Source of the DNA: Bacteroidota bacterium
GTDB taxonomy: Bacteria; Bacteroidota; Ignavibacteria; Palsa-1295
Direction of reading: 5' to 3'
Length of the DNA: 64,000 bases
Assembly (NCBI GenBank): GCA_018266755.1
Contig: JAFDZW010000005.1
Span: 711,233-775,232 of the forward strand
In this document: positions 19,878 to 28,917 of the stretch, in pieces
Layout of the letters: each line of letters opens with the position of its first letter
Position numbering within the stretch: position 1 is the first letter of the stretch
Notes under the pieces: model-generated
Databases searched by the model: none
Seen by the model: the letters and a program-made list of their open reading frames with translations, nothing else
What the model was told of the DNA's origin: nothing
Made by a program: the position numbers and the translations under genes

Positions 19878-21050
19878 TTAATCCTGAGGCGGAAGCGGCG
19901 CCGAACCATCGTCTGGTGTTGGTTTCGGTGTTACCGGGGGTGTCGGAGGAGTCGCCGGCGGCGGCGGTGGCTGCGGATTGTTTCGCGGCACATTCGTATT
20001 CACTTCCAACGGCTTACCGCTGAGGTAACCGGCAGAGCTGATACCCATGAGAGCAAGCAGCGTCGAATCAATCGCAGGCATTTGCAGATAGCTCAGCACG
20101 TTCGCGACAAATACGCACATGATCACGACCGTGAACAGGACGTTCTGCAACCTGTGCACACTCAGTCCTTGGTCGTCGGACAAGACATCGTAAATAATCC
20201 CCTTTGACGGCACGAATATTGTACTTGCTCCCGGCTTTTGAAAATTCGAATTATCGAGTCCTCGTGAGATCGTCGATGTCCCGACGCTGATTCCAAGCAG
20301 GATCAGCACCGATCCGTCGATCGTCGGAAGATCGAGAGTGATGATCCAGATATAGATATACGACCCGACCACGATCATCGTCCATAACAGTAACTGCGTT
20401 TTCGACAGACTGAACACAGTCGAGCCGCTTGGCAGCGTCGTCTTGATCAGCTCACGCTTTTGGCAGAGTTTGTAGACGCAGAATGCCAGGATCACATAGA
20501 GCACATAGAAAATATAGGTGACCGTCTTATTAAAGAGGATTATCACCAAATTGCGTGGAGCGTTCGAAGGATTGAGACCTTTCGGGAAGATCGGTCGATC
20601 GTTCAACAGCCCTGCCGTGACGAATGCTTTGAACCTCCCTGCCGTCTTGGTCATCACCGAACCGGGTAAGAGGTGGTGCCAAGCAGAATCGGTCTGCTCG
20701 TTATCCAGGAAATTGAAAAGGAACACCTCCGTATCGAAATCCGGAAGGATCGGGTTAAACGAATGAATGGTCGATAGTGGGATATTATCGAGATACAGGA
20801 TCAGGGGTACCTTGAGTACCTGTGCTCGTTCATAGAGTGCCTTGCACCCGGCGATGCGCACGGCCACATTCTCGCCTCTGGATATCGTACCAAAGTCGGC
20901 CTCGTCCCCCGGCCTACCGGCACGTGAAACATTGACCAGCGTAATGGATGAATCGACTAATGGTTGTGCAACAGCTTCCGCCGCGAATATTACGAGGCAG
21001 AGCAATACAACAACAGTGAGTTGGCGAAGAACACGATACGAAAACAGCAT
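19878..21050 (-). CDS. hypothetical membrane protein with N-terminal signal peptide, multiple TM helices and Pro-rich C-terminal tail
   Basis: 390 aa. The tail is PRNNPQPPPPPATPPTPPVTPKPTPDDGSAPLPPQD. No domain call. Confidence 0.5.
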   Translation of the reverse strand: MLFSYRVLRQLTVVVLLCLVIFAAEAVAQPLVDSSITLVNVSRAGRPGDEADFGTISRGENVAVRIAGCKALYERAQVLKVPLILYLDNIPLSTIHSFNPILPDFDTEVFLFNFLDNEQTDSAWHHLLPGSVMTKTAGRFKAFVTAGLLNDRPIFPKGLNPSNAPRNLVIILFNKTVTYIFYVLYVILAFCVYKLCQKRELIKTTLPSGSTVFSLSKTQLLLWTMIVVGSYIYIWIITLDLPTIDGSVLILLGISVGTSTISRGLDNSNFQKPGASTIFVPSKGIIYDVLSDDQGLSVHRLQNVLFTVVIMCVFVANVLSYLQMPAIDSTLLALMGISSAGYLSGKPLEVNTNVPRNNPQPPPPPATPPTPPVTPKPTPDDGSAPLPPQD

Positions 21051-21128
21051 TTACGAGTGAAGGCAATATGAACGCGGGACAAATATATGGATATTTCGTC
21101 CCGAATCCAAGCCCCCACTCTACAAGAC

Positions 21129-22307
21129 TCACTCAGAAAGTGCCTTAGCCGCAAGATACGCTTGCATCGCAGCTCCGGTCTTCAATGCCTCTTCGTCGAT
21201 CGTGAAGTGGTCGTTGTGAATATCGGCGGTAATGCCGCATTCGAGGTTTCGGATTCCGAGACGGTAGAACGTACCGGGTTTCTTCTCGAGGTAATACGCA
21301 AAGTCTTCTGCGCCCATGAGTCGTTCGGCACGAAAGACGCGGTCGCTGCCGAAGAGCGTTCGAGCTGCCTCTTCGGCGAACTTGGTCTTAGACGGATCGT
21401 TCACGAGCACTGGATATCCTTTGTCGATCAGAAGATCATAATGTGCACCGGCAGCCTCACACGTGCCGCGCACGATCTCTTCGACCCGGCGGTGTGCGTA
21501 TGTTCGCCACTCCGGCGTCATCGAACGAAGTGTGCCGACGAGCTTTACCTCTTCGGGGATGATGTTCGGTGCAAATCCGCCATGCACGGAGCCGATCGTG
21601 ATTACACCCTGCGCAAACGGATCCAGGTTTCGCGAGACCAGTGTTTGTAATGCAAGGATGACTTGCGAAGCAGTGACGATCGGATCGATCGCATAGTGTG
21701 GTCGTGCACCGTGACCGGACTTACCACGAATCGTAATATAGAGTTCGTCGGCGCTTGCCATCATCGCACCTTCGCAAAACCCGACCGTACCAGCATCGTG
21801 TTGCGCGATCACATGCAGACCGTAGATCTCGTCGACGCCGTCGAGCGCGCCATCATCGATCATGAACGGGGCGCCACCGGGGTTCTTCTCCTCACTCGGC
21901 TGGAATAGAAAGCGTACTTCCCCGTTGAGCTTGTCACGCAATTTCGACAGGATCATTGCTGCACCCAGCCCGATCGCCGTGTGTGCATCGTGACCGCAGG
22001 CATGCATCTTCCCTTCGTTCTTCGATGCGAATGGCAGGCCGGTTGCCTCTTTGATCGGCAGCGCATCCATATCGCTGCGAAGCGCAACTACTTTCTTCCC
22101 GTTTCCTCTGATCGTCCCGAGCACACCCGTGCGAGCTACTCCTGTGCGAACGTCAACACCGATGGAGCGTAGTGTATCGGCAACGAGCACACTCGTTTTG
22201 ACCTCTTCGAACGCGAGTTCGGGATGTGCGTGAATCGTGCGTCGAAGTTCGACGATCTTCGGATAGAATTCTTCCGCGAGGGCAATAATCTGCTGTTCGA
22301 GCGACAT
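21129..22307 (-). CDS. M20-family amidohydrolase (N-acyl-L-amino-acid amidohydrolase / hippurate hydrolase-like)
   Basis: HACGHDAHTAIGLGAAMIL...EEKNPGGAPFMIDDGALDGVDEIYGLHV...GHGARPHYAIDPIV: the M20D metal-ligand pattern. Confidence 0.85.
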   Translation of the reverse strand: MSLEQQIIALAEEFYPKIVELRRTIHAHPELAFEEVKTSVLVADTLRSIGVDVRTGVARTGVLGTIRGNGKKVVALRSDMDALPIKEATGLPFASKNEGKMHACGHDAHTAIGLGAAMILSKLRDKLNGEVRFLFQPSEEKNPGGAPFMIDDGALDGVDEIYGLHVIAQHDAGTVGFCEGAMMASADELYITIRGKSGHGARPHYAIDPIVTASQVILALQTLVSRNLDPFAQGVITIGSVHGGFAPNIIPEEVKLVGTLRSMTPEWRTYAHRRVEEIVRGTCEAAGAHYDLLIDKGYPVLVNDPSKTKFAEEAARTLFGSDRVFRAERLMGAEDFAYYLEKKPGTFYRLGIRNLECGITADIHNDHFTIDEEALKTGAAMQAYLAAKALSE

Positions 22308-22350
22308 ACGTGAAAGTGGTGGTTACGAGCATGACGCTTGTGCGCCCCTA

Positions 22351-23286
22351 CTATTTCTTTCGTAGCACAAAACGCACATCCGGCGGCAGAGATTGCAGGA
22401 CTTCGATTCCCCGAGGGGTTTCGAACACCGGAGTAATCGTTTGCAACGAATCAAACTTCGTTGCATCGTAGACGACACGCGCCTTAATCAGGAGCGGCGA
22501 CAGCTTCGCGAGTTGGTCAACGCCGCCACGAACAACGACGGATATCGCCGGCGGATCCAGGAAGAGCTCGCGGTCAGCAGGCAATGCTTCGACCGAAACC
22601 GGAACGTCCGAGAACGTCCGTTCGGCGATCGCTTCGACGGTGACCCGGACATTGACGGAATTGGTCGAACGTGACGTCAAGAGATCGCGGATCGTATCGG
22701 AAAGCTCGATCGTCTGGTTGAAACTTTCACGCACGCCATGTGCGTGTAGCAGTTTGGTCGGGTACCCACGGAGTGAGTCCACGATCGCATTGGAGCCTTT
22801 CACGGTCACGAACGCCGGGGTAACAACCGGGTCGCCAACAACGACATACCCAGCAGCGGGTTCAACGTCGGTGCGCAACTCGACCGGCACACGACGTGCG
22901 ATCTCCCGCGAGAACGTAACAACGAGAGAATCGGGCTCAATCTTCAGCAACTTCACATCGCTCGGCAGCGATGCCGTGGCAGCCAGTTCGTCACGGGTGA
23001 TATAGAATCGGCCGAGCAAGTCTCGAGGGTCACGCTCGGAAAGATCGATCTTTAGTTTGGATTTTCCTGTCGAAGCAAGTAGCAACATCCGCCATCCGGG
23101 GCCGGAAATTCGTGCATGTACTTTTTCGGGGAGATCGCTCGAGACCGCAAAACCGGACGGGGTGGATACGACAAGCGGAAGATCAATCTCGCTTTCATAC
23201 GTACCCGAAAGATGGACGTACGACCAGAGCAACACTGCAAAAAGAATCGCTGCTAGTAAGATTCCGATTCTTCGTGCAAGTCCCAC
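22351..23286 (-). CDS. YbbR-like domain protein (CdaR-like)
   Basis: 311 aa with an N-terminal TM anchor followed by repeated YbbR-like beta modules (VEAIAERTFSDVPVSVEALP...). Confidence 0.7.
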   Translation of the reverse strand: MGLARRIGILLAAILFAVLLWSYVHLSGTYESEIDLPLVVSTPSGFAVSSDLPEKVHARISGPGWRMLLLASTGKSKLKIDLSERDPRDLLGRFYITRDELAATASLPSDVKLLKIEPDSLVVTFSREIARRVPVELRTDVEPAAGYVVVGDPVVTPAFVTVKGSNAIVDSLRGYPTKLLHAHGVRESFNQTIELSDTIRDLLTSRSTNSVNVRVTVEAIAERTFSDVPVSVEALPADRELFLDPPAISVVVRGGVDQLAKLSPLLIKARVVYDATKFDSLQTITPVFETPRGIEVLQSLPPDVRFVLRKK

Positions 23287-23324
23287 GCGAACGTGTGTTG
23301 GCTAAGCGGTGCGAGTGTAGGTGG

Positions 23325-23885
23325 TTAGTTCGGTAGTTGCTGCCATTCGCTATAGAGCATCGGCGAAGACTGTTTGAAGATCGCGCCCGTTTGCTCGAGC
23401 AAGTCGAGCAACTCCGCGCGATTCGCCTTCGAGATCATACGCCCTTTGAGTGGAAAGTTCTCGATTGAACGCGCAAACCGTCGAAGCTCATGCACATTCC
23501 AGTCATGGACTTCCGTAATATCGAGTTCTTCGGCCGAACGAACTCGGCGCTTCGGGTGCTCCTCTTCCGTGGCAGGGGCACTCCGGGTAGCAAGCTTGAG
23601 CGAGCCGAGCAGCAATTCCATCGCAGCAAGATCCGGCTTCGCAAAAAAGGCTACGTCGTTCACTCCGCCGACCGAGCGAACATGTTCGCTCGCATGCTGC
23701 ACCTCGGCAAGGCCTCCGGCAATCACGACCGTCACGACACCGGCAGCATTCGCTTCGGTCGCCCCGACGATCCGAGCACGCGTCTCGACACCGATGCTTT
23801 GCAGCAGTCGTGCGAGCGCGATCGCTCCGGTGACCTCTATCACCGAAACGCTTTCGGATGCTTCTATGGGTGCAGTTCTCGTCAT
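23325..23885 (-). CDS. hypothetical protein with BMC-shell-protein-like N-terminal domain and helical C-terminal extension
   Basis: VSVIEVTGAIALARLLQSIGVETRARIVGATEANAAGVVTVVIAGGLAEVQHASEHVRSVGGVNDVAFFAKP follows the BMC (PF00936) spacing (V.E..G.vA.........V.lVG.e..G.G.vTV.i.Gd...V..A). The start is uncertain (weak RBS). Confidence 0.45.
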   Translation of the reverse strand: MTRTAPIEASESVSVIEVTGAIALARLLQSIGVETRARIVGATEANAAGVVTVVIAGGLAEVQHASEHVRSVGGVNDVAFFAKPDLAAMELLLGSLKLATRSAPATEEEHPKRRVRSAEELDITEVHDWNVHELRRFARSIENFPLKGRMISKANRAELLDLLEQTGAIFKQSSPMLYSEWQQLPN

Positions 23886-23988
23886 AACAACGTATGTACA
23901 AACATACCACTTTTTCCCAAAGATTCCAAATTCGCCCCTCCACACGGACGCGGAATCGCTTTAAATAAACGTGGCAACGCCTTGTAAA

Positions 23989-26235
23989 CTATTGAACTAC
24001 AACAAATCGTGTCACGAGTGTTTGAACCGGCGTCGTTACCTCGACCCGATATGCCCCGGCGTTCTTCACTGCTCCGGCAGGGATGAGAAGTTCTGCTATG
24101 CCTGCCGAACTTGGGACGGATATACCATTGGCAGAGTAGACAGTTCGCCCCAACATATCAACTATTCTGAGGTCAGCCCGGCTGTCGTCTTTGAAGGGGA
24201 AATGGACTTTCACGACTCCGCCAGATGATGGGTTCGGCTGTAATGATAGATCGGTCGTGTTCGGGCACGAGCCACTTGCCACAGAAGAACTCACGGTATC
24301 CGATACGATCACCACCGTCAGTAACGATCCTTCGATGTCACCGCAAAACACCTTCGTGTCCCCTCTGGTCGAGATCGAAGCCCCGCAGAAGAACAGCATC
24401 GAGCGGTCGGGGTTATTCTTGTATGTATCGAAGCGTAAGCGCCCGAGATCGGTCGGATTCGCAAGCATGGATCCTCCAGCATTCCCCATCGTCACCGTAA
24501 CCGTATCACCATGAATCGACCCCGATTTGAATATCCATCCCGCAGGCGGAGAATAGTATTGCGACATCTTCGCAGCGTTGATGTCGATCACATTCGGATC
24601 ATACGACAACGAGAACGTGACGCTGCTGACGGTCATCGTATCGACATGGACCGCCAGCGGGAAGCGAAGTGCGACAGGGATTGTCACAGATTGTCCCACT
24701 GTCGCTTGAACGGTATTATCATACTGTGGATAGGCATATCCATTGGACACCGAAAGCGGACGTTGGAACGCCCGTACGATGCCGGAATCCTGATCGACCA
24801 GAATCGTTTGGTTATATCGTACGTTCGTCAGAACCTGCCTCCCCCCCGGCTGCCACAAAATCACAAGCGAATCGATCACCCCACTCGACGCCTCGCAGCC
24901 CGGCGAACCAAAGCCGAAGTGGGCCATAAGAGGCGAGTATCCAAGTGTCCCCTGAGTATAACCTACTTCACGATATTGGGGAGTGCCCTTTGTATAAGCT
25001 ATCACCCGACTTCCTATCCCCTCTGAGTTTGCACGATGGCCTCGAAGTTCAACGCTCAACCACAAGTTGCTGTTGCCAGATGATCGAAGTAGGCGCGTAA
25101 ATGCAGGGGTTACAATCGTGAAGTCAATGAAGCCGTCGTTGTCAAAATCTGTCCATCCACATACACTTTCGAGTGAATTTTGGGTTCGATCCTGTATCAA
25201 TGACTTACGAAAGCCTGTAGGGCCCCCATACCATATCTCCAAAATACCGGTGTATTCCAACAAGATTACATCAAGATACCCATCGTTATCAATATCCTGA
25301 ATAAATGAACTTCGGTATACTCCAGGTGTGAGGATCAACCCGGATGATGCTGTCATGTCCACAAACGATCGCCCACTATCATTTCGTAAGAGAAAAAGAT
25401 GATCGTCTTGACAATATAGGAGATCAGGGTAACCGTCCGCATTCAAATCAGCAAATGCGGCTGTTTGAAAACCATCGTTATTTCTATGCGAATTCAAAAA
25501 ACTGTTATCGAAGTTCGTGTACCCAGACGATGAACTAACAAAGCACTGGTCGACAGAGTGAATATTTGCAACATAGTAGTCTGGAATGCCATCAAGGTTG
25601 AGATCTGTCGAGAGCAAGAGATGTCCTTGCCCTGTATTTGTAAAAAGACTGTCTTGTGTGAAACTGGCCCCGGCAAGGTTTCGCTCAATCAATGTACCAA
25701 GCCCTGCCTGGGTACTCAAAAGCAAATCGGGATATCCATCCGAGTCAAAGTCCGACCACACAACGCCTGTGGCATAATTACCAGGTGAGACGATTTTGGA
25801 CGACTGATCCTCGAACCGGAATCCTCCGAGGTTGTGCCACAGGGAAGGGCCAGACGCGTCGAAGTGATTTTCATATAGATCGATGAGTCCATCGCGGTCA
25901 AAGTCACCCCATGCAATATGACCATTGTACTGGGGCACTGCCGACGGAAATGCGATTGAAGAGACATTACTGAATGTCCCATTCCCGTTATTGCTGTATA
26001 ATTCGCTAAGGAGATGCGAGCTTGCATTACCACGCGCTATGTATAAATCCAACCAGCCGTCATTATTAATGTCAATCCACTGACAGTTATACGATGGCGC
26101 ATTGGAGGGAGAAGCTATACCACTTTGGTTAGTGACATCGGTAAATGCTACCTGCGAAAAAACGGGAGTTCCTTTCAACGCAAGTAGCCCGAAGGCCAAT
26201 AGGAATATTTGTCGGACCAATCGTTTTCCAATCAT
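23989..26235 (-). CDS. FG-GAP/VCBS-repeat + ASPIC/UnbV-domain protein (CRTAC1-like) with T9SS C-terminal sorting domain
   Basis: Signal peptide, then at least 7 DxDxDGxxD calcium-binding FG-GAP repeats (DINNDGWLDLY, DFDRDGLIDLY, DFDSDGYPDLL...), the UnbV/ASPIC motif NLWLSVELRGHRANSEGIGSRV, and a T9SS CTD at the extreme C-terminus. Confidence 0.8.
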   Translation of the reverse strand: MIGKRLVRQIFLLAFGLLALKGTPVFSQVAFTDVTNQSGIASPSNAPSYNCQWIDINNDGWLDLYIARGNASSHLLSELYSNNGNGTFSNVSSIAFPSAVPQYNGHIAWGDFDRDGLIDLYENHFDASGPSLWHNLGGFRFEDQSSKIVSPGNYATGVVWSDFDSDGYPDLLLSTQAGLGTLIERNLAGASFTQDSLFTNTGQGHLLLSTDLNLDGIPDYYVANIHSVDQCFVSSSSGYTNFDNSFLNSHRNNDGFQTAAFADLNADGYPDLLYCQDDHLFLLRNDSGRSFVDMTASSGLILTPGVYRSSFIQDIDNDGYLDVILLEYTGILEIWYGGPTGFRKSLIQDRTQNSLESVCGWTDFDNDGFIDFTIVTPAFTRLLRSSGNSNLWLSVELRGHRANSEGIGSRVIAYTKGTPQYREVGYTQGTLGYSPLMAHFGFGSPGCEASSGVIDSLVILWQPGGRQVLTNVRYNQTILVDQDSGIVRAFQRPLSVSNGYAYPQYDNTVQATVGQSVTIPVALRFPLAVHVDTMTVSSVTFSLSYDPNVIDINAAKMSQYYSPPAGWIFKSGSIHGDTVTVTMGNAGGSMLANPTDLGRLRFDTYKNNPDRSMLFFCGASISTRGDTKVFCGDIEGSLLTVVIVSDTVSSSVASGSCPNTTDLSLQPNPSSGGVVKVHFPFKDDSRADLRIVDMLGRTVYSANGISVPSSAGIAELLIPAGAVKNAGAYRVEVTTPVQTLVTRFVVVQ

Positions 26236-26239
26236 CGCG

Positions 26240-27625
26240 CTATTCCTGTCTTGGACTAATCTGTGAGCGATTGGCCAACACCATCACGCTCATAGGGAAC
26301 AAGAGGATGACAGCCGGGAAGAAGTATCTCGCTTCTGCATTTATCGGAAGTAGTACGGCAACAAAGTAGAGCATGAACAGCAAAAGAACCCCTACGCCCC
26401 GACTTTGTACTCTACTCTTCCAGTACCCAAGTAATGCCAAGAACAACAAAATAACTCCCGAGAGTGCTGAAAATACTTTTATGAGTGCCCGAATCGGTGT
26501 TGCTCTAAAATCTGCCAATATTCCCTTTTGAAAATGTTGCGGAAAGTCCTCCTTATCGTTGGTTCGGGGAGCAGGGTCATCTTGTACGAGCAAACCACGT
26601 GGAACCAGGAGGAGGGGAATGCGACGTGGAATCAGCGAGAGGTAGAAGAGCGGATGAGACTCAATAATATTTACTGCTTCGCGAAATCGCTTCCTATCAC
26701 GCTCAATCCCATTGGGGTAGAGCAAACTTGGATACCCCTCATGATGTGCAATCCTATAGTCACTATAGACAGTCCCCAGAGTATCGCCAAACTGACTGAT
26801 CCCCTGCCAGAGTACAGTACCATTGCTATACCCCAAAGGGATAATTTCATCAGTCAGAAGATAGTTTCTAACGGTGTGCAATCCTATAATTGCATAGAAC
26901 ACAAGGGTAGCAGGCCAGAGTATGCGAAGAGAAACACGGAATGAATAGATCAATGCAAGACCGATAAAAAGCCAAATCGGCAGGAACATCACATCGGGTC
27001 GAGAAAGAGAACCAAGCCCGAGTACAAATCCCGCCATAAGTGAATTCTGGAGCGACTTCTTGCCCCACTTCTGTCGATTGCCGTCGATAGGTTCGATTGC
27101 CCGAAGAAGCAAGTACGACGTAAGAATGAGTATGAACGGCATCATCGCTTCGGGCAGGATCGTGACTTCAAAACGGGCATGGTTAGGCCAAACAGCGCAC
27201 AAGAATGCCCCAAGAAGTGACTTTACCTCATCGACCTTAAGTAACCTGAGTATGCGATATACGACTACGCATCCGAGACTTAGTAAAAACGCCTGTACAA
27301 GTTGTACAGCAACTGGCTTGATACCAAAAATAAAAAAAACCGCAGCAATAAAACTCGGATATCCGATAGGTTTGTCAATAAACGGTTCGTAACGGTAATT
27401 GTCCGGTGAGCCAAAAGGAGCGACGTTGACATAAAACACGAACCCCTTGCCTTCGACAACATTCTTTCCGACATCCAAGCATCGTTCGGAGACGCCTCCG
27501 AAATAGTTCGGGCCTGGGAATTCAAGTACAAATGCGAGCCTGACAACTACAGCAAGTATATAGCAAAGCCAAAGACTTCGACGAATGTTTGACGATGCCA
27601 AATCGACGAACTTTTGAAAAATCAT
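26240..27625 (-). CDS. ArnT/PMT-like polytopic membrane glycosyltransferase (GT-C, GT39/GT83-like)
   Basis: 461 aa with more than 10 TM helices. The N-terminal periplasmic-loop region has the GT-C acidic motif context. Confidence 0.6.
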   Translation of the reverse strand: MIFQKFVDLASSNIRRSLWLCYILAVVVRLAFVLEFPGPNYFGGVSERCLDVGKNVVEGKGFVFYVNVAPFGSPDNYRYEPFIDKPIGYPSFIAAVFFIFGIKPVAVQLVQAFLLSLGCVVVYRILRLLKVDEVKSLLGAFLCAVWPNHARFEVTILPEAMMPFILILTSYLLLRAIEPIDGNRQKWGKKSLQNSLMAGFVLGLGSLSRPDVMFLPIWLFIGLALIYSFRVSLRILWPATLVFYAIIGLHTVRNYLLTDEIIPLGYSNGTVLWQGISQFGDTLGTVYSDYRIAHHEGYPSLLYPNGIERDRKRFREAVNIIESHPLFYLSLIPRRIPLLLVPRGLLVQDDPAPRTNDKEDFPQHFQKGILADFRATPIRALIKVFSALSGVILLFLALLGYWKSRVQSRGVGVLLLFMLYFVAVLLPINAEARYFFPAVILLFPMSVMVLANRSQISPRQE

Positions 27626-28917
27626 ATTTTATTCCTCACCCCCCTTACCTGCCTCATGACTCCGCGGGCGCTGATCGAGAGTTCGCGGCGCATCGAGATG
27701 AAGGCGAGAATACCCATCACGCCGGTCGAGATCAACACTGCGAGCGCTGCACCTTCGGCGTGCATCGTGGGGTCGAGCAGACGGTTTAGGCCGAAAAATA
27801 CGATGGTCGCGGCAAGCACCGAGTAGAATAGCCCCTTCACCTGCCCGATGGCAATCAGCACATTGGTGGCTACAAGCACTAGCGGCAGAATAAATCCTGT
27901 AATAACGAGAAGCTCGAACACCGGCGTGATCCCCGGGAATTTACCTTTATAGATAATCGCAAGGATCGGATCCGCTCCGATTGCAAGCACAAGCGATACG
28001 GGCACCAGCACCGCGAAGGAAATGAAGAGCATTTTCTCGATCAGGTCGGATAGCTGTTGCTTATCGCCTGCGGTATGCATCTTCGAGACCACCGGCACGA
28101 TGAGCAATGTTGCGCCTTCACGCACCGCATCGAACCCGCGATAGAGGGTCTTTGCCGCGGAAAACAACGCGACGTAACCGGGTGCGTACACGCCGATAAG
28201 CAACGGGTCGGCCCATTGTTGCAGGGTCAGGAATGCACTCGTGCCGGCCTGGTACTTCGCGAATGAGAGCAACTTCCTGTATTCCCCGCGCGGCACGCGT
28301 AGCAACGGCATCGCGAGAAAACCGCTGCGACCGTACACAAACGCGACAATGCTCGACAGCACTCCGCCAATGACGTTGATGCGCATGAAGTCCATCGCCG
28401 AGTGGAACATTCCGAGTGAATGCAGCAACACGGTCAGGAATATCATCGAACCATAATAGGCCAGATCGACCCAGAAAATTTCGCGGATACGGTAATCTAC
28501 CTGCAAGAACCGAATGCCGATCCCTCGGAATATATTCAAGAGTAACGCCAGCGGCATCCATAGGAGCATATCGTAAAGCTCCGACATGTGATAAAGATCG
28601 CTGAAGTAACCTGCCGTGACGGCGAAGATCACGCCACTGACGACCATCACCAGCGAGTACAAATTGAAGCTCGCCGCAAGAATCTGCTCGACCTCTGCCT
28701 CATGCTCACTCGCAAATTTGACCATCGGTTGCAGGAAAACCGAGTCCGAGAGGACACAGATGATCAAAAAGATCGTCTGCCAAATCGTGAACGCGGCGTA
28801 CTCGTGTTCGGGCAGTACCATGATCACGACAAAGATCACGGCTACGCCATAGACGAGCAGAATCGCCTTATCGGCCGCCGCCCAGACTCCCTTATTGAGA
28901 TGATCGCGTAAGTTCAA
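27622..28917 (-). CDS. polysaccharide biosynthesis flippase (Wzx/MOP superfamily)
   Basis: 431 aa with about 12 TM helices and a Wzx-like pattern. It overlaps its neighbours by 4 and 26 nt, consistent with an operon. Confidence 0.7.
   Translation of the reverse strand: MNLRDHLNKGVWAAADKAILLVYGVAVIFVVIMVLPEHEYAAFTIWQTIFLIICVLSDSVFLQPMVKFASEHEAEVEQILAASFNLYSLVMVVSGVIFAVTAGYFSDLYHMSELYDMLLWMPLALLLNIFRGIGIRFLQVDYRIREIFWVDLAYYGSMIFLTVLLHSLGMFHSAMDFMRINVIGGVLSSIVAFVYGRSGFLAMPLLRVPRGEYRKLLSFAKYQAGTSAFLTLQQWADPLLIGVYAPGYVALFSAAKTLYRGFDAVREGATLLIVPVVSKMHTAGDKQQLSDLIEKMLFISFAVLVPVSLVLAIGADPILAIIYKGKFPGITPVFELLVITGFILPLVLVATNVLIAIGQVKGLFYSVLAATIVFFGLNRLLDPTMHAEGAALAVLISTGVMGILAFISMRRELSISARGVMRQVRGVRNKI

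Noticed and set aside
23374-23987. Plus-strand ORFs (196 and 165 aa) overlapping the BMC-like gene
   Set aside because: Ser/Arg-rich low-complexity translations. The minus-strand frame carries the recognisable BMC-like pattern.
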